Shown one piece after another: positions 1 through 9,350 of a stretch of 24,000 nt of DNA. The translations under genes and the position numbers were made by a program. The stretch's first letter is position 1. The number at the start of each line of letters is the position of its first letter. The stretch comes from Flavipsychrobacter sp. (GTDB lineage Bacteria > Bacteroidota > Bacteroidia > Chitinophagales > Chitinophagaceae): NCBI GenBank assembly GCA_035606335.1, contig DATNFP010000002.1:20622-44621 (forward strand), read 5' to 3'. Under the pieces are notes generated by a model. It searched no databases. It was not told the origin of the DNA and saw only the letters and a list, made by a program, of their open reading frames with translations.

Positions 1-1287
1 TATTCTCCACAATACAGCCCTTTACTTTACTTTATCAATACTGATCCCTCGCAAGGGCCGATCATTTATCCTACCATGCCCTCAAGCACTCCCAATAAAC
101 CACAGTTACCTCTTACTGAAGATGAATACAAAACTATCTCTAGCTGGATAGCTCAGGGCGCTCCCGATAAAAACGGCAATATAGCTTTTGCTTCAAATCC
201 CGATACAAGACAAAAAATATATATAGCCCAACAGGGATGCGATGTGGTAGCCGTGATAGATGCTGCCACCATGCAGATAATGCGCTACATACAGGTAGGT
301 GAAAACCCGGCCAGCATAGAAGCTCCCCATTGTATTCGGACATCAGACGATGGCAAATATGCTTATGTTTCATTTTATTATGGCAACTATCTGCAAAAAA
401 TAGATTGTACTACCGACCAGGTAGTTGGTCGTGCTGATCTTACAGCTGCAGAACGCAACACAGGTGGTTGGAACATCTGTTTTGTTTCCCCACAGCAGGA
501 TACAGCAGTAGTTACTTCAAATCTCAACTATGGCGTTTTCACCAATATTACAACCAGCACAATGCAGGTGCAGTCCGACAAAACAATAACAGGATTGGTT
601 AATCCCCACGGTATCGCAAGCAATCCAACTTTCGATACTTTTTTCGTTACAGGTCAAACAGGCAATACCGTATATAAAATTACAGAACAGGGATCCCCGC
701 CTCAGGAAATAAGCATTGACGGCCGCCCTGCCGAACAGGGTAGCGCAGACTCTCTCGCAGACCCCGACCCGCACGAAATACAGATGGCTCCAGATTACTC
801 AAAATATTTTGTTACCTGTCAGAATTCAAATGAGGTTAGGGTCATGGATGCTCATACTGATAAATTGCTTAAAGTAATTCCCGTTGGCGGCTTTCCGCAG
901 GATATGGCTATTTCACATACGCAGCCTTATCTCTTTGTTACTTGTATGCAGGATCAAAGTGCAGGGGTACCTTCTAAGTTTATCGGTTCTGTATATGTTA
1001 TCAACTATCAAACTTTATCTGTAGTAAAACCAATCTATGGATATTTCTTTGAACCGCATGGAATCACAGTAGATGATATTAATGGTCTTGTATACATCGC
1101 AAGCTTGAATTATGATACCTCGGGCCCTCCTCCGCATCATGTCTCTGTCTGCGGCGGACGTGATGGATGGTACAGCGTATATAACCTGAATACGCTGCAA
1201 CCTGTAAATAATATCAGGTACGAATTAGCGGTATTCCCATATTCTGCTGCAGCAAGGTTTAAGTATCCCCCGGGCATTGTTCATTAA
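1..1287 (+). CDS. YVTN-type beta-propeller repeat protein, 5' end probably outside the window
   Basis: The frame of the listed 76..1287 ORF has no stop codon from nt 1 to the ATG at 76 (25 sense codons), so the gene likely starts upstream. 'PMPSS..LTEDEYKTISSWIAQGAP' resembles the tail of a cytochrome-c-like (PSCyt-type) module. Repeated 'YV..x..V.ViD..T' strands are typical of YVTN propellers. Confidence 0.6.
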   Translation, partial: YSPQYSPLLYFINTDPSQGPIIYPTMPSSTPNKPQLPLTEDEYKTISSWIAQGAPDKNGNIAFASNPDTRQKIYIAQQGCDVVAVIDAATMQIMRYIQVGENPASIEAPHCIRTSDDGKYAYVSFYYGNYLQKIDCTTDQVVGRADLTAAERNTGGWNICFVSPQQDTAVVTSNLNYGVFTNITTSTMQVQSDKTITGLVNPHGIASNPTFDTFFVTGQTGNTVYKITEQGSPPQEISIDGRPAEQGSADSLADPDPHEIQMAPDYSKYFVTCQNSNEVRVMDAHTDKLLKVIPVGGFPQDMAISHTQPYLFVTCMQDQSAGVPSKFIGSVYVINYQTLSVVKPIYGYFFEPHGITVDDINGLVYIASLNYDTSGPPPHHVSVCGGRDGWYSVYNLNTLQPVNNIRYELAVFPYSAAARFKYPPGIVH

Positions 1288-1294
1288 TATAATA

Positions 1295-1321
1295 TTTGTA
1301 TCGGGTGAATTCTTACTTTTG
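1295..1321 (+). promoter_or_regulatory. Bacteroidota-type promoter candidate for folB (TTTG at 1295-1298, TACTTTTG at 1314-1321)
   Basis: There is an exact TAnnTTTG -7 box 20 nt upstream of the folB ATG. The spacing to the upstream TTTG (15 nt) is shorter than the usual ~19-21 nt. Confidence 0.35.
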
Positions 1322-1341
1322 CGCCCATATTCAGGAATTAT

Positions 1342-1680
1342 ATGCTTACGGTTTCATTACATGGCATCAGGATTTTTGCACCTCATGGGCTTTATGAGCA
1401 GGAGCATATATTGGGAAACGAATTTGAAATTGACGTAGATATTTTTTTGCCGGCTTCCAATTCTAATCAATGGCCTTTCGTAGATTATTCGTTGATACAA
1501 AATATTGTGGCTAACGCGTTCCAGCAACCCGGACAGTTGCTCGAAAAATTTGTTCACAGCATCCATTCAGCATTAAAGCTTAATGTTCCGGAAGCGGAAA
1601 AAATAAAGGTGGCTGTAAGAAAATTACACCCACCTTTAAATGGAGATGTGCGCTATGCACAGGTATGTTATGAAGGCTGA
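1342..1680 (+). CDS. folB: dihydroneopterin aldolase
   Basis: The 112-aa size fits. The N-terminal 'L.GIRIFAPHGLYEQEHILGNEFEIDVDI' matches the FolB pattern (l.gl.f.g.hGv..eE...Gq.f.vdl.l). Confidence 0.8.
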   Translation: MLTVSLHGIRIFAPHGLYEQEHILGNEFEIDVDIFLPASNSNQWPFVDYSLIQNIVANAFQQPGQLLEKFVHSIHSALKLNVPEAEKIKVAVRKLHPPLNGDVRYAQVCYEG

Positions 1681-1681
1681 T

Positions 1682-3886
1682 TTAGCTATTCAATAATCTT
1701 TCCAATGAAGTATCATACGCTTCTTTCCAGTCACTGATATACCCCCAGTTAATACCATCTATACACACTCCTTTATTTGCATCCACTGTCCCTATTTTAG
1801 TAAAAGGTATATCTTTTAATTCAGCTTCAAATAATGTGTGCACATAAGGGTTAATGCTTACCACAACCCTGCTTTGCGCTTCGCCGAAAAGAAACGCATC
1901 CTTGCGTATATCCTTATCTGTATGTATGCTAAAGCCAAGATTATTTGTCATAGCGCTCTCAAGCAGGCATGCAAATAAACCCCCTTCAGAAATATCATGA
2001 GCTGAATTGATCAGTTTTTGATTGATCAATCTCAGGATTGTTTGTTGTAGCTTATGTTCTTCTTCCAGGTCAAAATATGGCGCTGGGCTGTGCGTTACTC
2101 CATGTATGTGATGCAGGTATTCTGAACAGTTGATGTCATTTCTGTTCTGGCCTATTACATAGATCAGGTCGCCTGGCTTTTTAAAGCTCAGTGACATTTT
2201 TTGTTCCAATGTATCCAGCACACCTACCATACCTATAGTTGGCGTTGGGTAAACCGGACCATCTTCCGATTGATTATAGAAGCTCACATTACCACCGGTT
2301 ACGGGTGTACCCAATTTTTCACAAGCAGCTCCCATACCCTTTATGGCGTGTACAAACTGGTAATAAACTTCGGGATTATATGGATTACCAAAATTCAGGC
2401 AGTTGGTAATAGCTACTGGTACACCGCCGCTGCACACTATATTCCGCGCAGCTTCTGATACTGCTATCATTGCTCCTTTGTAAGGATCTGCAAATACATA
2501 TCGGCTATTGCAGTCTGTTGTTACGGCAAGTCCCTTTTTAGAGCCATGCACTCTTACAACTGCAGCATCGCTCGGCTCATTGGTGTGAGTATTACCTGTC
2601 TGCACCATTGAGTCATACTGCTCATACACCCAACGTTTGGAAGCTATATTGGGTAGCTGTATCAACTGGAATGCAATTTCTTTAAGGTCTGCAGCTACCG
2701 GAATAGCATCAGGATTAAATTTTTTTATCTGTTCAAAATATTTTGGCTCCGCATATTCGCGCTCATATACCGGAGCGCCGCCGCCTAATACAAGACTTTC
2801 AGCAGGCACGCTCGCCACCAGTTCATTATCTATATAGTATTTCAGGTTTAGGTCTTTAGTCACCTCACCTATCTGCACGCAGTGTATATCCCATTTATCA
2901 AAAATGTGTTGTATCTCTGCGTCCATCCCTTTCTTCACTACTATCAGCATACGTTCCTGGCTTTCACTCAGCAGCATTTCCCAGGGTTTCATATTATGCT
3001 GGCGGGTAGGCACTTTGTCTAGATGTATTATCATGCCGTGTTCTCCCTTAGCGCTCATTTCACTGGTCGAACAGGTAATGCCCGCTGCACCCATATCCTG
3101 CATACCTACCAAAGCTCCTGTTTCAATGGCTTCAAGACAGGCTTCTAATAATTTCTTTTCTTCAAATGGATCTCCCACCTGCACAGCAGGTAATTGTTCC
3201 GTACTATTTTCTGTAATATCAGCTGAGGCAAACGAAGCGCCGCCTATACCGTCTTTCCCGGTTGAGGCACCTACAATGAAAACAGGATTACCTTCCCCGT
3301 GTGATGTGGCAGAAACTGTTTTCCCAACTTTCACTACACCCACACTCATTGCATTTACCAGTGGGTTGGTTTGATAGCATGATTCAAAATATACTTCCCC
3401 GGCTACAGTCGGCACCCCAAAGCAGTTACCATAATGGCCTATGCCTTTTACAATACCTTTTAATAAATGTTTGGTTTTAGGATTATCCATTTTACCAAAC
3501 CGTAAAGAATTAAGCGCCGCTATAGGACGCGCTCCCATTGTAAAAATATCGCGATGGATACCGCCAACACCCGTTGCCGCCCCCTGAAATGGCTCAATTG
3601 CGGAGGGGTGATTATGGGATTCTATTTTAAACACACAACCCAGCCCATCACCTATATCCACCAGCCCCGCATTTTCCTCACCGGCTTTTACCAGCAAGCG
3701 TTCACCGTCACGGGGCAATGTTTTCAACCATTTTATGGAATTTTTGTAGCTGCAATGTTCGCTCCACATTACGGAGTACATCGCCACTTCATTAAAATTG
3801 GGTGTTCGCCCCAGTATTTCTTTTATTTTTTCAAATTCTTCTTCCCGGAGTCCGAGTTTTACGGCTTGCTCAAGTGTTGCCTGCAT
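1682..3886 (-). CDS. purL: phosphoribosylformylglycinamidine synthase subunit PurL (FGAM synthase II)
   Basis: The 734-aa ORF carries 'EHCSYKNS', 'ESHNHPSAIEPFQGAATGVGG', 'MQDMGAAGITCS' and 'AHDISEGGL', the hallmark duplicated AIR-synthase-like modules of small PurL. Confidence 0.95.
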   Translation of the reverse strand: MQATLEQAVKLGLREEEFEKIKEILGRTPNFNEVAMYSVMWSEHCSYKNSIKWLKTLPRDGERLLVKAGEENAGLVDIGDGLGCVFKIESHNHPSAIEPFQGAATGVGGIHRDIFTMGARPIAALNSLRFGKMDNPKTKHLLKGIVKGIGHYGNCFGVPTVAGEVYFESCYQTNPLVNAMSVGVVKVGKTVSATSHGEGNPVFIVGASTGKDGIGGASFASADITENSTEQLPAVQVGDPFEEKKLLEACLEAIETGALVGMQDMGAAGITCSTSEMSAKGEHGMIIHLDKVPTRQHNMKPWEMLLSESQERMLIVVKKGMDAEIQHIFDKWDIHCVQIGEVTKDLNLKYYIDNELVASVPAESLVLGGGAPVYEREYAEPKYFEQIKKFNPDAIPVAADLKEIAFQLIQLPNIASKRWVYEQYDSMVQTGNTHTNEPSDAAVVRVHGSKKGLAVTTDCNSRYVFADPYKGAMIAVSEAARNIVCSGGVPVAITNCLNFGNPYNPEVYYQFVHAIKGMGAACEKLGTPVTGGNVSFYNQSEDGPVYPTPTIGMVGVLDTLEQKMSLSFKKPGDLIYVIGQNRNDINCSEYLHHIHGVTHSPAPYFDLEEEHKLQQTILRLINQKLINSAHDISEGGLFACLLESAMTNNLGFSIHTDKDIRKDAFLFGEAQSRVVVSINPYVHTLFEAELKDIPFTKIGTVDANKGVCIDGINWGYISDWKEAYDTSLERLLNS

Positions 3887-3985
3887 TATGCTAAAAATAT
3901 TTTATGTGTAGGCTAAATTATGCGCAAAATTAAGCCTTTATTTTAGCATTTAGTATTTACCGGATGGTGAAAAGGCCGCAATCTC

Positions 3986-4609
3986 TTATTCCACAGCGAA
4001 TAAATAGTTTTCTCTATAATCCTGCGTACCATATTTAGGAGTATCCACGCCTGGAACTTGAAAAAAATGCCAGTGATGATCCTGAGGTGTAAAATTACCA
4101 TCAACACCGGTTTCCCCTTGTGAGCTTGTAAGAATACCCCCATGCACTTGAAATTGATACAATCCTCGTTTAAGCATTACTAAACGGAATTTCATTCTAA
4201 AAGAATCAGCTTCAAGGTTAGTCGTATAATATTCTAATGAGCCGGCTACAGGTCCTGGGGAATAGTAAGGATTCCCTACTTCGGAAATGAAAACATATTG
4301 TTTGCCATTATAAGCACTAAAAAAGTCATCAATTGAATCTTTAGGAATATGATAACTACCTCCTAATAAAAATCCGAGATTCACAAGGCCATTAGTTAAA
4401 ACGGTATCGCCAAATTTATTGCCAATGGCAGCCGAAAACGTAATAGTGTCGCCTACATGTAAAACGCTGTCCTGTGGTGAAATACTAAAATTAAATACTG
4501 CAGATGAAAAAGCCGTTTTAATTGGTGCGGGTTTATCATATAAAAAAAGATTACAGCCAGCTAGTAAAATGAAAAGAAATAGAAATAATAAAGTATAGGG
4601 CGACTTCAT
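3986..4609 (-). CDS. hypothetical lipoprotein
   Basis: A hydrophobic signal peptide ends in the lipobox 'LLAGC'. No recognisable domain. Confidence 0.6.
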   Translation of the reverse strand: MKSPYTLLFLFLFILLAGCNLFLYDKPAPIKTAFSSAVFNFSISPQDSVLHVGDTITFSAAIGNKFGDTVLTNGLVNLGFLLGGSYHIPKDSIDDFFSAYNGKQYVFISEVGNPYYSPGPVAGSLEYYTTNLEADSFRMKFRLVMLKRGLYQFQVHGGILTSSQGETGVDGNFTPQDHHWHFFQVPGVDTPKYGTQDYRENYLFAVE

Positions 4610-4693
4610 AGGTTAATTTTATATTCGAAAATACAAAATTAACCTAAATAAGAATCATGTGAAACAACAACAATCTACCAAAAAATATATCCA

Positions 4694-5407
4694 CTACTTT
4701 ATCTCAAACCTTGCATCCACAGTAGTCTGGAACATTATTTTCTTAAACTCTATATAGTCATTATCGCCGCTTACTTCTCCTGCATTATTGCTTGCATTAT
4801 TAACATTCTTTGCCATAGCCATAGTATTCATTCGTGGCGCATAGTAATTGCCACTTTCACGCACATATAGCGGGTTACCTGCAATTTGACCTATACCCTG
4901 TAGCATATATTCTGCCTCATCTTTTGCTTTCTTCAGAGCTTCTATTCTTAATTCTTTTTTCAATTCTTCTCTTTTAGAATAATCAACTCTTGACACACTC
5001 GCATCCTTTATATTCAAATTCTCCAGTTGCTGAAAAACCTTGCTTACCATATCTGCGCTCGATACTTTCAACAGATAGCTTTTCTTCGCCATTACATCTT
5101 TACTCAGCCAGTTTATTTTTACATAAGAAGCATCCGCATTGCTCAGAGACAGGTTGCTTACATCTATACCCAATCCTTTAATGCTTTGTTTTAGCTGTTC
5201 CTCCTGGTCATCAATGGTAATTTTGTTGCGCCCATCATAACGTTCGGTCAGTGTTATAGCAATATATATTTCATCCGGCACCACCTCCTTCTCCGCGTTA
5301 CCACTTACTTCTATATATGGTTTTTCATTTTGCTGTGGCTGTGCATGGCTAATAGCAGCGAAAGCAAACAGGCTACCCACAAATAATACGATGAATTTGT
5401 TTATCAT
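4694..5407 (-). CDS. SIMPL (DUF541) domain periplasmic protein
   Basis: There is a signal peptide. 'YIEVSGNAEKEVVPDEIYIAITL' and the overall 237-aa layout resemble SIMPL/26-kDa periplasmic immunogenic proteins. Confidence 0.7.
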   Translation of the reverse strand: MINKFIVLFVGSLFAFAAISHAQPQQNEKPYIEVSGNAEKEVVPDEIYIAITLTERYDGRNKITIDDQEEQLKQSIKGLGIDVSNLSLSNADASYVKINWLSKDVMAKKSYLLKVSSADMVSKVFQQLENLNIKDASVSRVDYSKREELKKELRIEALKKAKDEAEYMLQGIGQIAGNPLYVRESGNYYAPRMNTMAMAKNVNNASNNAGEVSGDNDYIEFKKIMFQTTVDARFEIK

Positions 5408-5535
5408 AGTTTATCATTTAGTCTATAAAACTAAAAATGACGCTCTTATCGTATATCTCCATTATGTTAATTTATTCTTGTTTCGAAACTTATATCAAAA
5501 ACGCACATTACATTGTAAGGCAAATGCATACATAA

Positions 5536-6126
5536 ATGAAGCACCTAACCTTAATGTCGCTCCTCTGTTTATTACTAATTGGAGCATGTACCAAGAGTAA
5601 ATCCCCAACTCCATCCGGAACAGGGAGTATCTCAAGTCCTTATTATTTCAATTTTTCAATTGGCAGTGCCATTCATTACCTAAATACCAATTTCCCCATA
5701 TACAATGTAGGCATGAGAACGCGTGGACTGGGGGGAAATGAGATTGGCGATACAAATACTCTTATACCAAGAATTAACTTGAATATCTTTTGGAAACATA
5801 AAGACACTGTGTATGAAAGCGACCTTATGAGTCTAGTAGGCAGAACGATCTATTTTGACGACACAGCAATAGGTATTAACTTAGAATACGACAGCAGTAA
5901 AATAAATTATTCCGGATGGTTCTCTGACGATACTTCTGATCATAATTATTATGTAAAAGTAAAAAGCATTGCATTCCTGAAAAACGATACTGCATTCTTA
6001 AATCCTATCAGAGTTTATGTTATAAATGGTACATGTTCTGCGGTAATACAACAAGACACAAGCAGAATAGCTACACTTACAAATGGTCAGTTCAACTTTT
6101 TATTTGCCGGGCAAATAACAAAGTAA
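5536..6126 (+). CDS. hypothetical lipoprotein
   Basis: Signal peptide with lipobox 'LLIGAC'. No recognisable domain. Confidence 0.6.
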   Translation: MKHLTLMSLLCLLLIGACTKSKSPTPSGTGSISSPYYFNFSIGSAIHYLNTNFPIYNVGMRTRGLGGNEIGDTNTLIPRINLNIFWKHKDTVYESDLMSLVGRTIYFDDTAIGINLEYDSSKINYSGWFSDDTSDHNYYVKVKSIAFLKNDTAFLNPIRVYVINGTCSAVIQQDTSRIATLTNGQFNFLFAGQITK

Positions 6127-6170
6127 CGCAATTGAGTATCTAAGCCTTTCTTGACCATTCAATTATTAAT

Positions 6171-6206
6171 AAAGGGTTTCAATTACAATATTGAAACCCT
6201 TTTATA
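6171..6206. terminator. bidirectional rho-independent terminator between the lipoprotein gene and dxs
   Basis: A perfect 12-bp stem AAAGGGTTTCAA/TTGAAACCCTTT (6171-6182 / 6191-6202) has an 8-nt loop and A/T-rich flanks on both sides. It sits between convergent genes. Confidence 0.6.
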
Positions 6207-6232
6207 TCTTATAGTATAACTTCTAAATAAAA

Positions 6233-8167
6233 TTATTGTATCAGGTTTTCCACCTGTTTCCGCACACCTAATATTTCCCTCACCGCTGCGGCAATAGCCT
6301 TTGCGTCATACCCACATTCACGGTATAACTCATCGGGTTTGCCATGCTCTACTATCCGGTCTGGTATTCCTAATATTTTTACTTCAGGAGCATAATTATT
6401 AGCCGCCATAAATTCTAATACTGCACTGCCAAAACCTCCTAATATAGTACCATCTTCTACAGTAATGATTTTACTATAGCGTTTTGCCACTTCATGAAGC
6501 AGCTCTTCATCCAGTGGTTTGGCAAAGCGCATATCATATAACGCAGGATGTGTATCTTCTGTCGCAAGCATGTTGCAAGCTGTTACAGCAAAGTTCCCCG
6601 GGTGGCCTATTGTCAGGATAGCCACATCTTTTCCGTCATTTATTTTTCTGCCCTTACCTATTTCTATTTTCTTGAATGGCGTGCGCCATTCAGGCATTAC
6701 ACCTTGCCCACGCGGATAGCGTATCACAAATGGCACATCTGTTTCAGGTAGTTGCGCTGTGTACATCAGGTTCCGCAGCTCGCTTTCATTCATAGGCGCG
6801 CTCACCACTATGTTAGGAATGCAACGCATGTAAGCAATATCATACGCCCCATGATGCGTTGGCCCATCTTCCCCCACCAATCCGGCACGATCAAGACAAA
6901 AGATAACTGGCAATTTTTGTATGGCTACATCATGCACCACCATATCGTATGCGCGCTGCATAAAAGTGCTGTAGATGTTACAGAATACTTTCATCCCCTG
7001 AGTAGCAAGACCTGCACTTAGTGTTACAGCATGTTGCTCTGCTATACCCACGTCAAAAGCACGATCTGGCATCTCATCCATCATAAACTTCATGGAGCAG
7101 CCTGAAGGCATTGCAGGGGTAACGCCCATAATAAGGGGATTTTTCTGCGCCAGTTCCACTATTGTATGCCCAAACACGTCCTGGTATTTAGAGGGTTCAG
7201 GAGCTATCGATTTTTTCTTGTTTATTTTTCCGGTTATTTTATCAAATGTCCCGGGTGCGTGCCACAGTGTTTGGTCTTTTTCCGCAAGGTCATAGCCTTT
7301 ACCTTTCACTGTTTTTATGTGCAGCAGTTTCGGCCCCGGTATATCACGCATATCTTTAAGCGTCTCTACCAGTTTCAGCACATTATGTCCGTCTATGGGA
7401 CCAAAATAGCGCATACCAAGTGCCTCAAATAGGTTACTCGAACGCGATACCATCCCTTTCAAGCCCGCTTCCATTTTCGAAGCCATATCCTGTTGGAATT
7501 CTCCATAAGGTAGTTTACCCAGCAGCTTCCATACATCATCTCGAAATCTATTGTATTTATGAGACGTTGTTATATCGGTTAGATATTCTTTTAAGGCACC
7601 CACATTCGGGTCTATCGACATATTATTGTCGTTCAGTATTACTAAGATGTTAGTCCCACTTACCCCCGCATGATTTAATGCTTCGAACGGCAGACCTGCC
7701 GTCATAGCGCCATCCCCTATCACTGCCACATGCTGGCGTGTAGTTTCATTTTTGTATTTCGATGCTATCGCCATCCCCAAAGCAGCCGAAATAGAAGTAG
7801 ATGAATGGCCTACGCCAAAAGTATCGTATTCACTTTCCCCACGTTTAGGGAAGCCACTCAGGCCGCCATATTTTCTGTTGGTATGAAACTCCTTTCTGCG
7901 ACCTGTAAGTATTTTATGGCCATAAGCCTGGTGCCCTACGTCCCATACCAGTTGGTCGTAAGGAGTATTTAAAATATAATGTAACGCAACCGTGAGCTCT
8001 ACCACGCCAAGACTGGCACCGAAATGCCCGCCATGCACACTCACTGTGTCAATAATAAATTGACGCAATTCGTTACAAACCTGCTGCAATTGGGTTTTAT
8101 CCAGTTTTTTTAGATCGGCTGGTGTATTGATCTGGCTCAACAGAGGCCCTGCAGATATTTCTTCCAT
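6233..8167 (-). CDS. dxs: 1-deoxy-D-xylulose-5-phosphate synthase
   Basis: 'GGHFGASLGVVELTVALH' and the TPP motif 'GDGAMTAGLPFEALN' are present. The codon at 8182 in the ORF track is TTG. The first ATG (8167, 'MEEISAGPLLSQINTPADLKKL') gives a typical Dxs N-terminus and sits 23 nt from a -7 box. Confidence 0.93.
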   Translation of the reverse strand: MEEISAGPLLSQINTPADLKKLDKTQLQQVCNELRQFIIDTVSVHGGHFGASLGVVELTVALHYILNTPYDQLVWDVGHQAYGHKILTGRRKEFHTNRKYGGLSGFPKRGESEYDTFGVGHSSTSISAALGMAIASKYKNETTRQHVAVIGDGAMTAGLPFEALNHAGVSGTNILVILNDNNMSIDPNVGALKEYLTDITTSHKYNRFRDDVWKLLGKLPYGEFQQDMASKMEAGLKGMVSRSSNLFEALGMRYFGPIDGHNVLKLVETLKDMRDIPGPKLLHIKTVKGKGYDLAEKDQTLWHAPGTFDKITGKINKKKSIAPEPSKYQDVFGHTIVELAQKNPLIMGVTPAMPSGCSMKFMMDEMPDRAFDVGIAEQHAVTLSAGLATQGMKVFCNIYSTFMQRAYDMVVHDVAIQKLPVIFCLDRAGLVGEDGPTHHGAYDIAYMRCIPNIVVSAPMNESELRNLMYTAQLPETDVPFVIRYPRGQGVMPEWRTPFKKIEIGKGRKINDGKDVAILTIGHPGNFAVTACNMLATEDTHPALYDMRFAKPLDEELLHEVAKRYSKIITVEDGTILGGFGSAVLEFMAANNYAPEVKILGIPDRIVEHGKPDELYRECGYDAKAIAAAVREILGVRKQVENLIQ

Positions 8168-8190
8168 TCCGGTATTAAACAAATATTAGT

Positions 8191-8198
8191 CAAAAATA
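8191..8198 (-). promoter_or_regulatory. -7 box candidate (TATTTTTG on minus strand) for dxs
   Basis: The plus strand reads CAAAAATA, the reverse complement of TAnnTTTG, just upstream of dxs. Confidence 0.35.
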
Positions 8199-8352
8199 AA
8201 CAAAGTTTACGACGCTGCACTATATAACTACATTTTAGCTATATATATGTTTAAAAGTTTAACAAAGAGCACTTTCCGCTTCTACTGCTAATTTTTCTCT
8301 TATTAGAAATTTTATAGCCATGCCAGGATTTAGCCCTTTAAAGTTATACCCA

Positions 8353-8360
8353 TAACTTTG
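8353..8360 (+). promoter_or_regulatory. -7 box candidate (TAACTTTG) for the CPBP-cdsA-psd cluster
   Basis: An exact TAnnTTTG lies 18 nt upstream of the ATG at 8379. Confidence 0.4.
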
Positions 8361-8378
8361 GCCAAATTTTTTCCATAG

Positions 8379-9326
8379 ATGTTCAAGCTTAGGTATTTAC
8401 GTTCTTACCCGCTTTTTTTACAGCTTTTTCTATTCGCAGGGTTGTTGTTTATCTTTTTTTTTATTGGAATCATAACATCATATTACATTATCCCACAAAT
8501 AACCGGAGTTTCATTTTCACAAGTGGCTGGGTTTAACGAGAAAAGCCCAAGATCAATTTTAGATGCTGCTTTAATACTCCAGCTTATTGAAGAATTAGAA
8601 ATGTTCATGCTACCTGTCCTTCTTTTTGCTTATTGGGCACACCCGCATCCACGTAATTACTTAGGCCTTAAGAAACCAGGAAAACCAATTCAATGGAGTT
8701 TAGTAATATTTTTGATTCTTGGTGCTGCACCACTATTTCTTTTTATAGAAAATTTAATGCAGCACATTGATCTCGGCAGTTATGCAAAAAATATCCAGAA
8801 TACCACCGACTCAGCAATGAAGGCATTACTCACAATGAACTCTACCACCGACTTTTTAAAAAGATTTTTAGTGATGGCTATAACGCCTGCCATATGTGAA
8901 GAGCTTTTTTTTAGAAGTATTGGAATACGCTTTTTAAACAGGATTTTTAGAAAAAACATTACGGCATCTATTATCGTGTCTGCCTTATTATTTGCAGCAG
9001 TGCATTCCAGTCCCTACGGTTTTGTTTCAATTTTCCTTGCGGGAGTTTTATTAGGTGTTATTTATTATCTCACAGGCTCTGTTTGGTGTAGCATTTTAGC
9101 ACATTGTATATATAATGGTTTACAAATTGTTTTACTATTTTTTTCTGGTCACAATGGAGCTATAAAATCATTTATGGAGAGTAATTCCTTACCACCATAT
9201 ATCATTATTTCCGGTGCTATTATATTTGTTGTTGCCCTATGGCTGTTGATAAAAAACAAAACTCCGCTTCCTTCCGATTGGCCAATGGATTTTACACCAC
9301 AGGAACTTTCTCAAAATGCATCTTAA
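8379..9326 (+). CDS. CPBP family intramembrane glutamic endopeptidase (CAAX protease/Abi family)
   Basis: The protein is multi-TM and has the three CPBP motifs: 'CEELFFRS' (EExxxR), 'FAAVHS' (FxxxH) and 'HCIYNG' (HxxxN). Confidence 0.8.
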   Translation: MFKLRYLRSYPLFLQLFLFAGLLFIFFFIGIITSYYIIPQITGVSFSQVAGFNEKSPRSILDAALILQLIEELEMFMLPVLLFAYWAHPHPRNYLGLKKPGKPIQWSLVIFLILGAAPLFLFIENLMQHIDLGSYAKNIQNTTDSAMKALLTMNSTTDFLKRFLVMAITPAICEELFFRSIGIRFLNRIFRKNITASIIVSALLFAAVHSSPYGFVSIFLAGVLLGVIYYLTGSVWCSILAHCIYNGLQIVLLFFSGHNGAIKSFMESNSLPPYIIISGAIIFVVALWLLIKNKTPLPSDWPMDFTPQELSQNAS

Positions 9327-9350
9327 CTTCGCACAGCTTAATAACATTAT

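Noticed and set aside
2201-3916. Plus-strand ORFs inside purL (85, 66, 156 and 120 aa)
   Set aside because: They are antisense to a strongly supported gene and give Ser/Pro/Thr/Cys-rich low-complexity translations typical of shadow ORFs.
4611-4644. Perfect 10-bp AT-rich hairpin GGTTAATTTT..AAAATTAACC as terminator of the SIMPL gene
   Set aside because: No T tract follows it on the minus strand, and it ends 1 nt from the lipoprotein ATG. It may affect translation initiation, but I cannot support a terminator call.
6519-7653. Plus-strand ORFs inside dxs (66-89 aa)
   Set aside because: They are antisense shadow ORFs with no start context or motifs.
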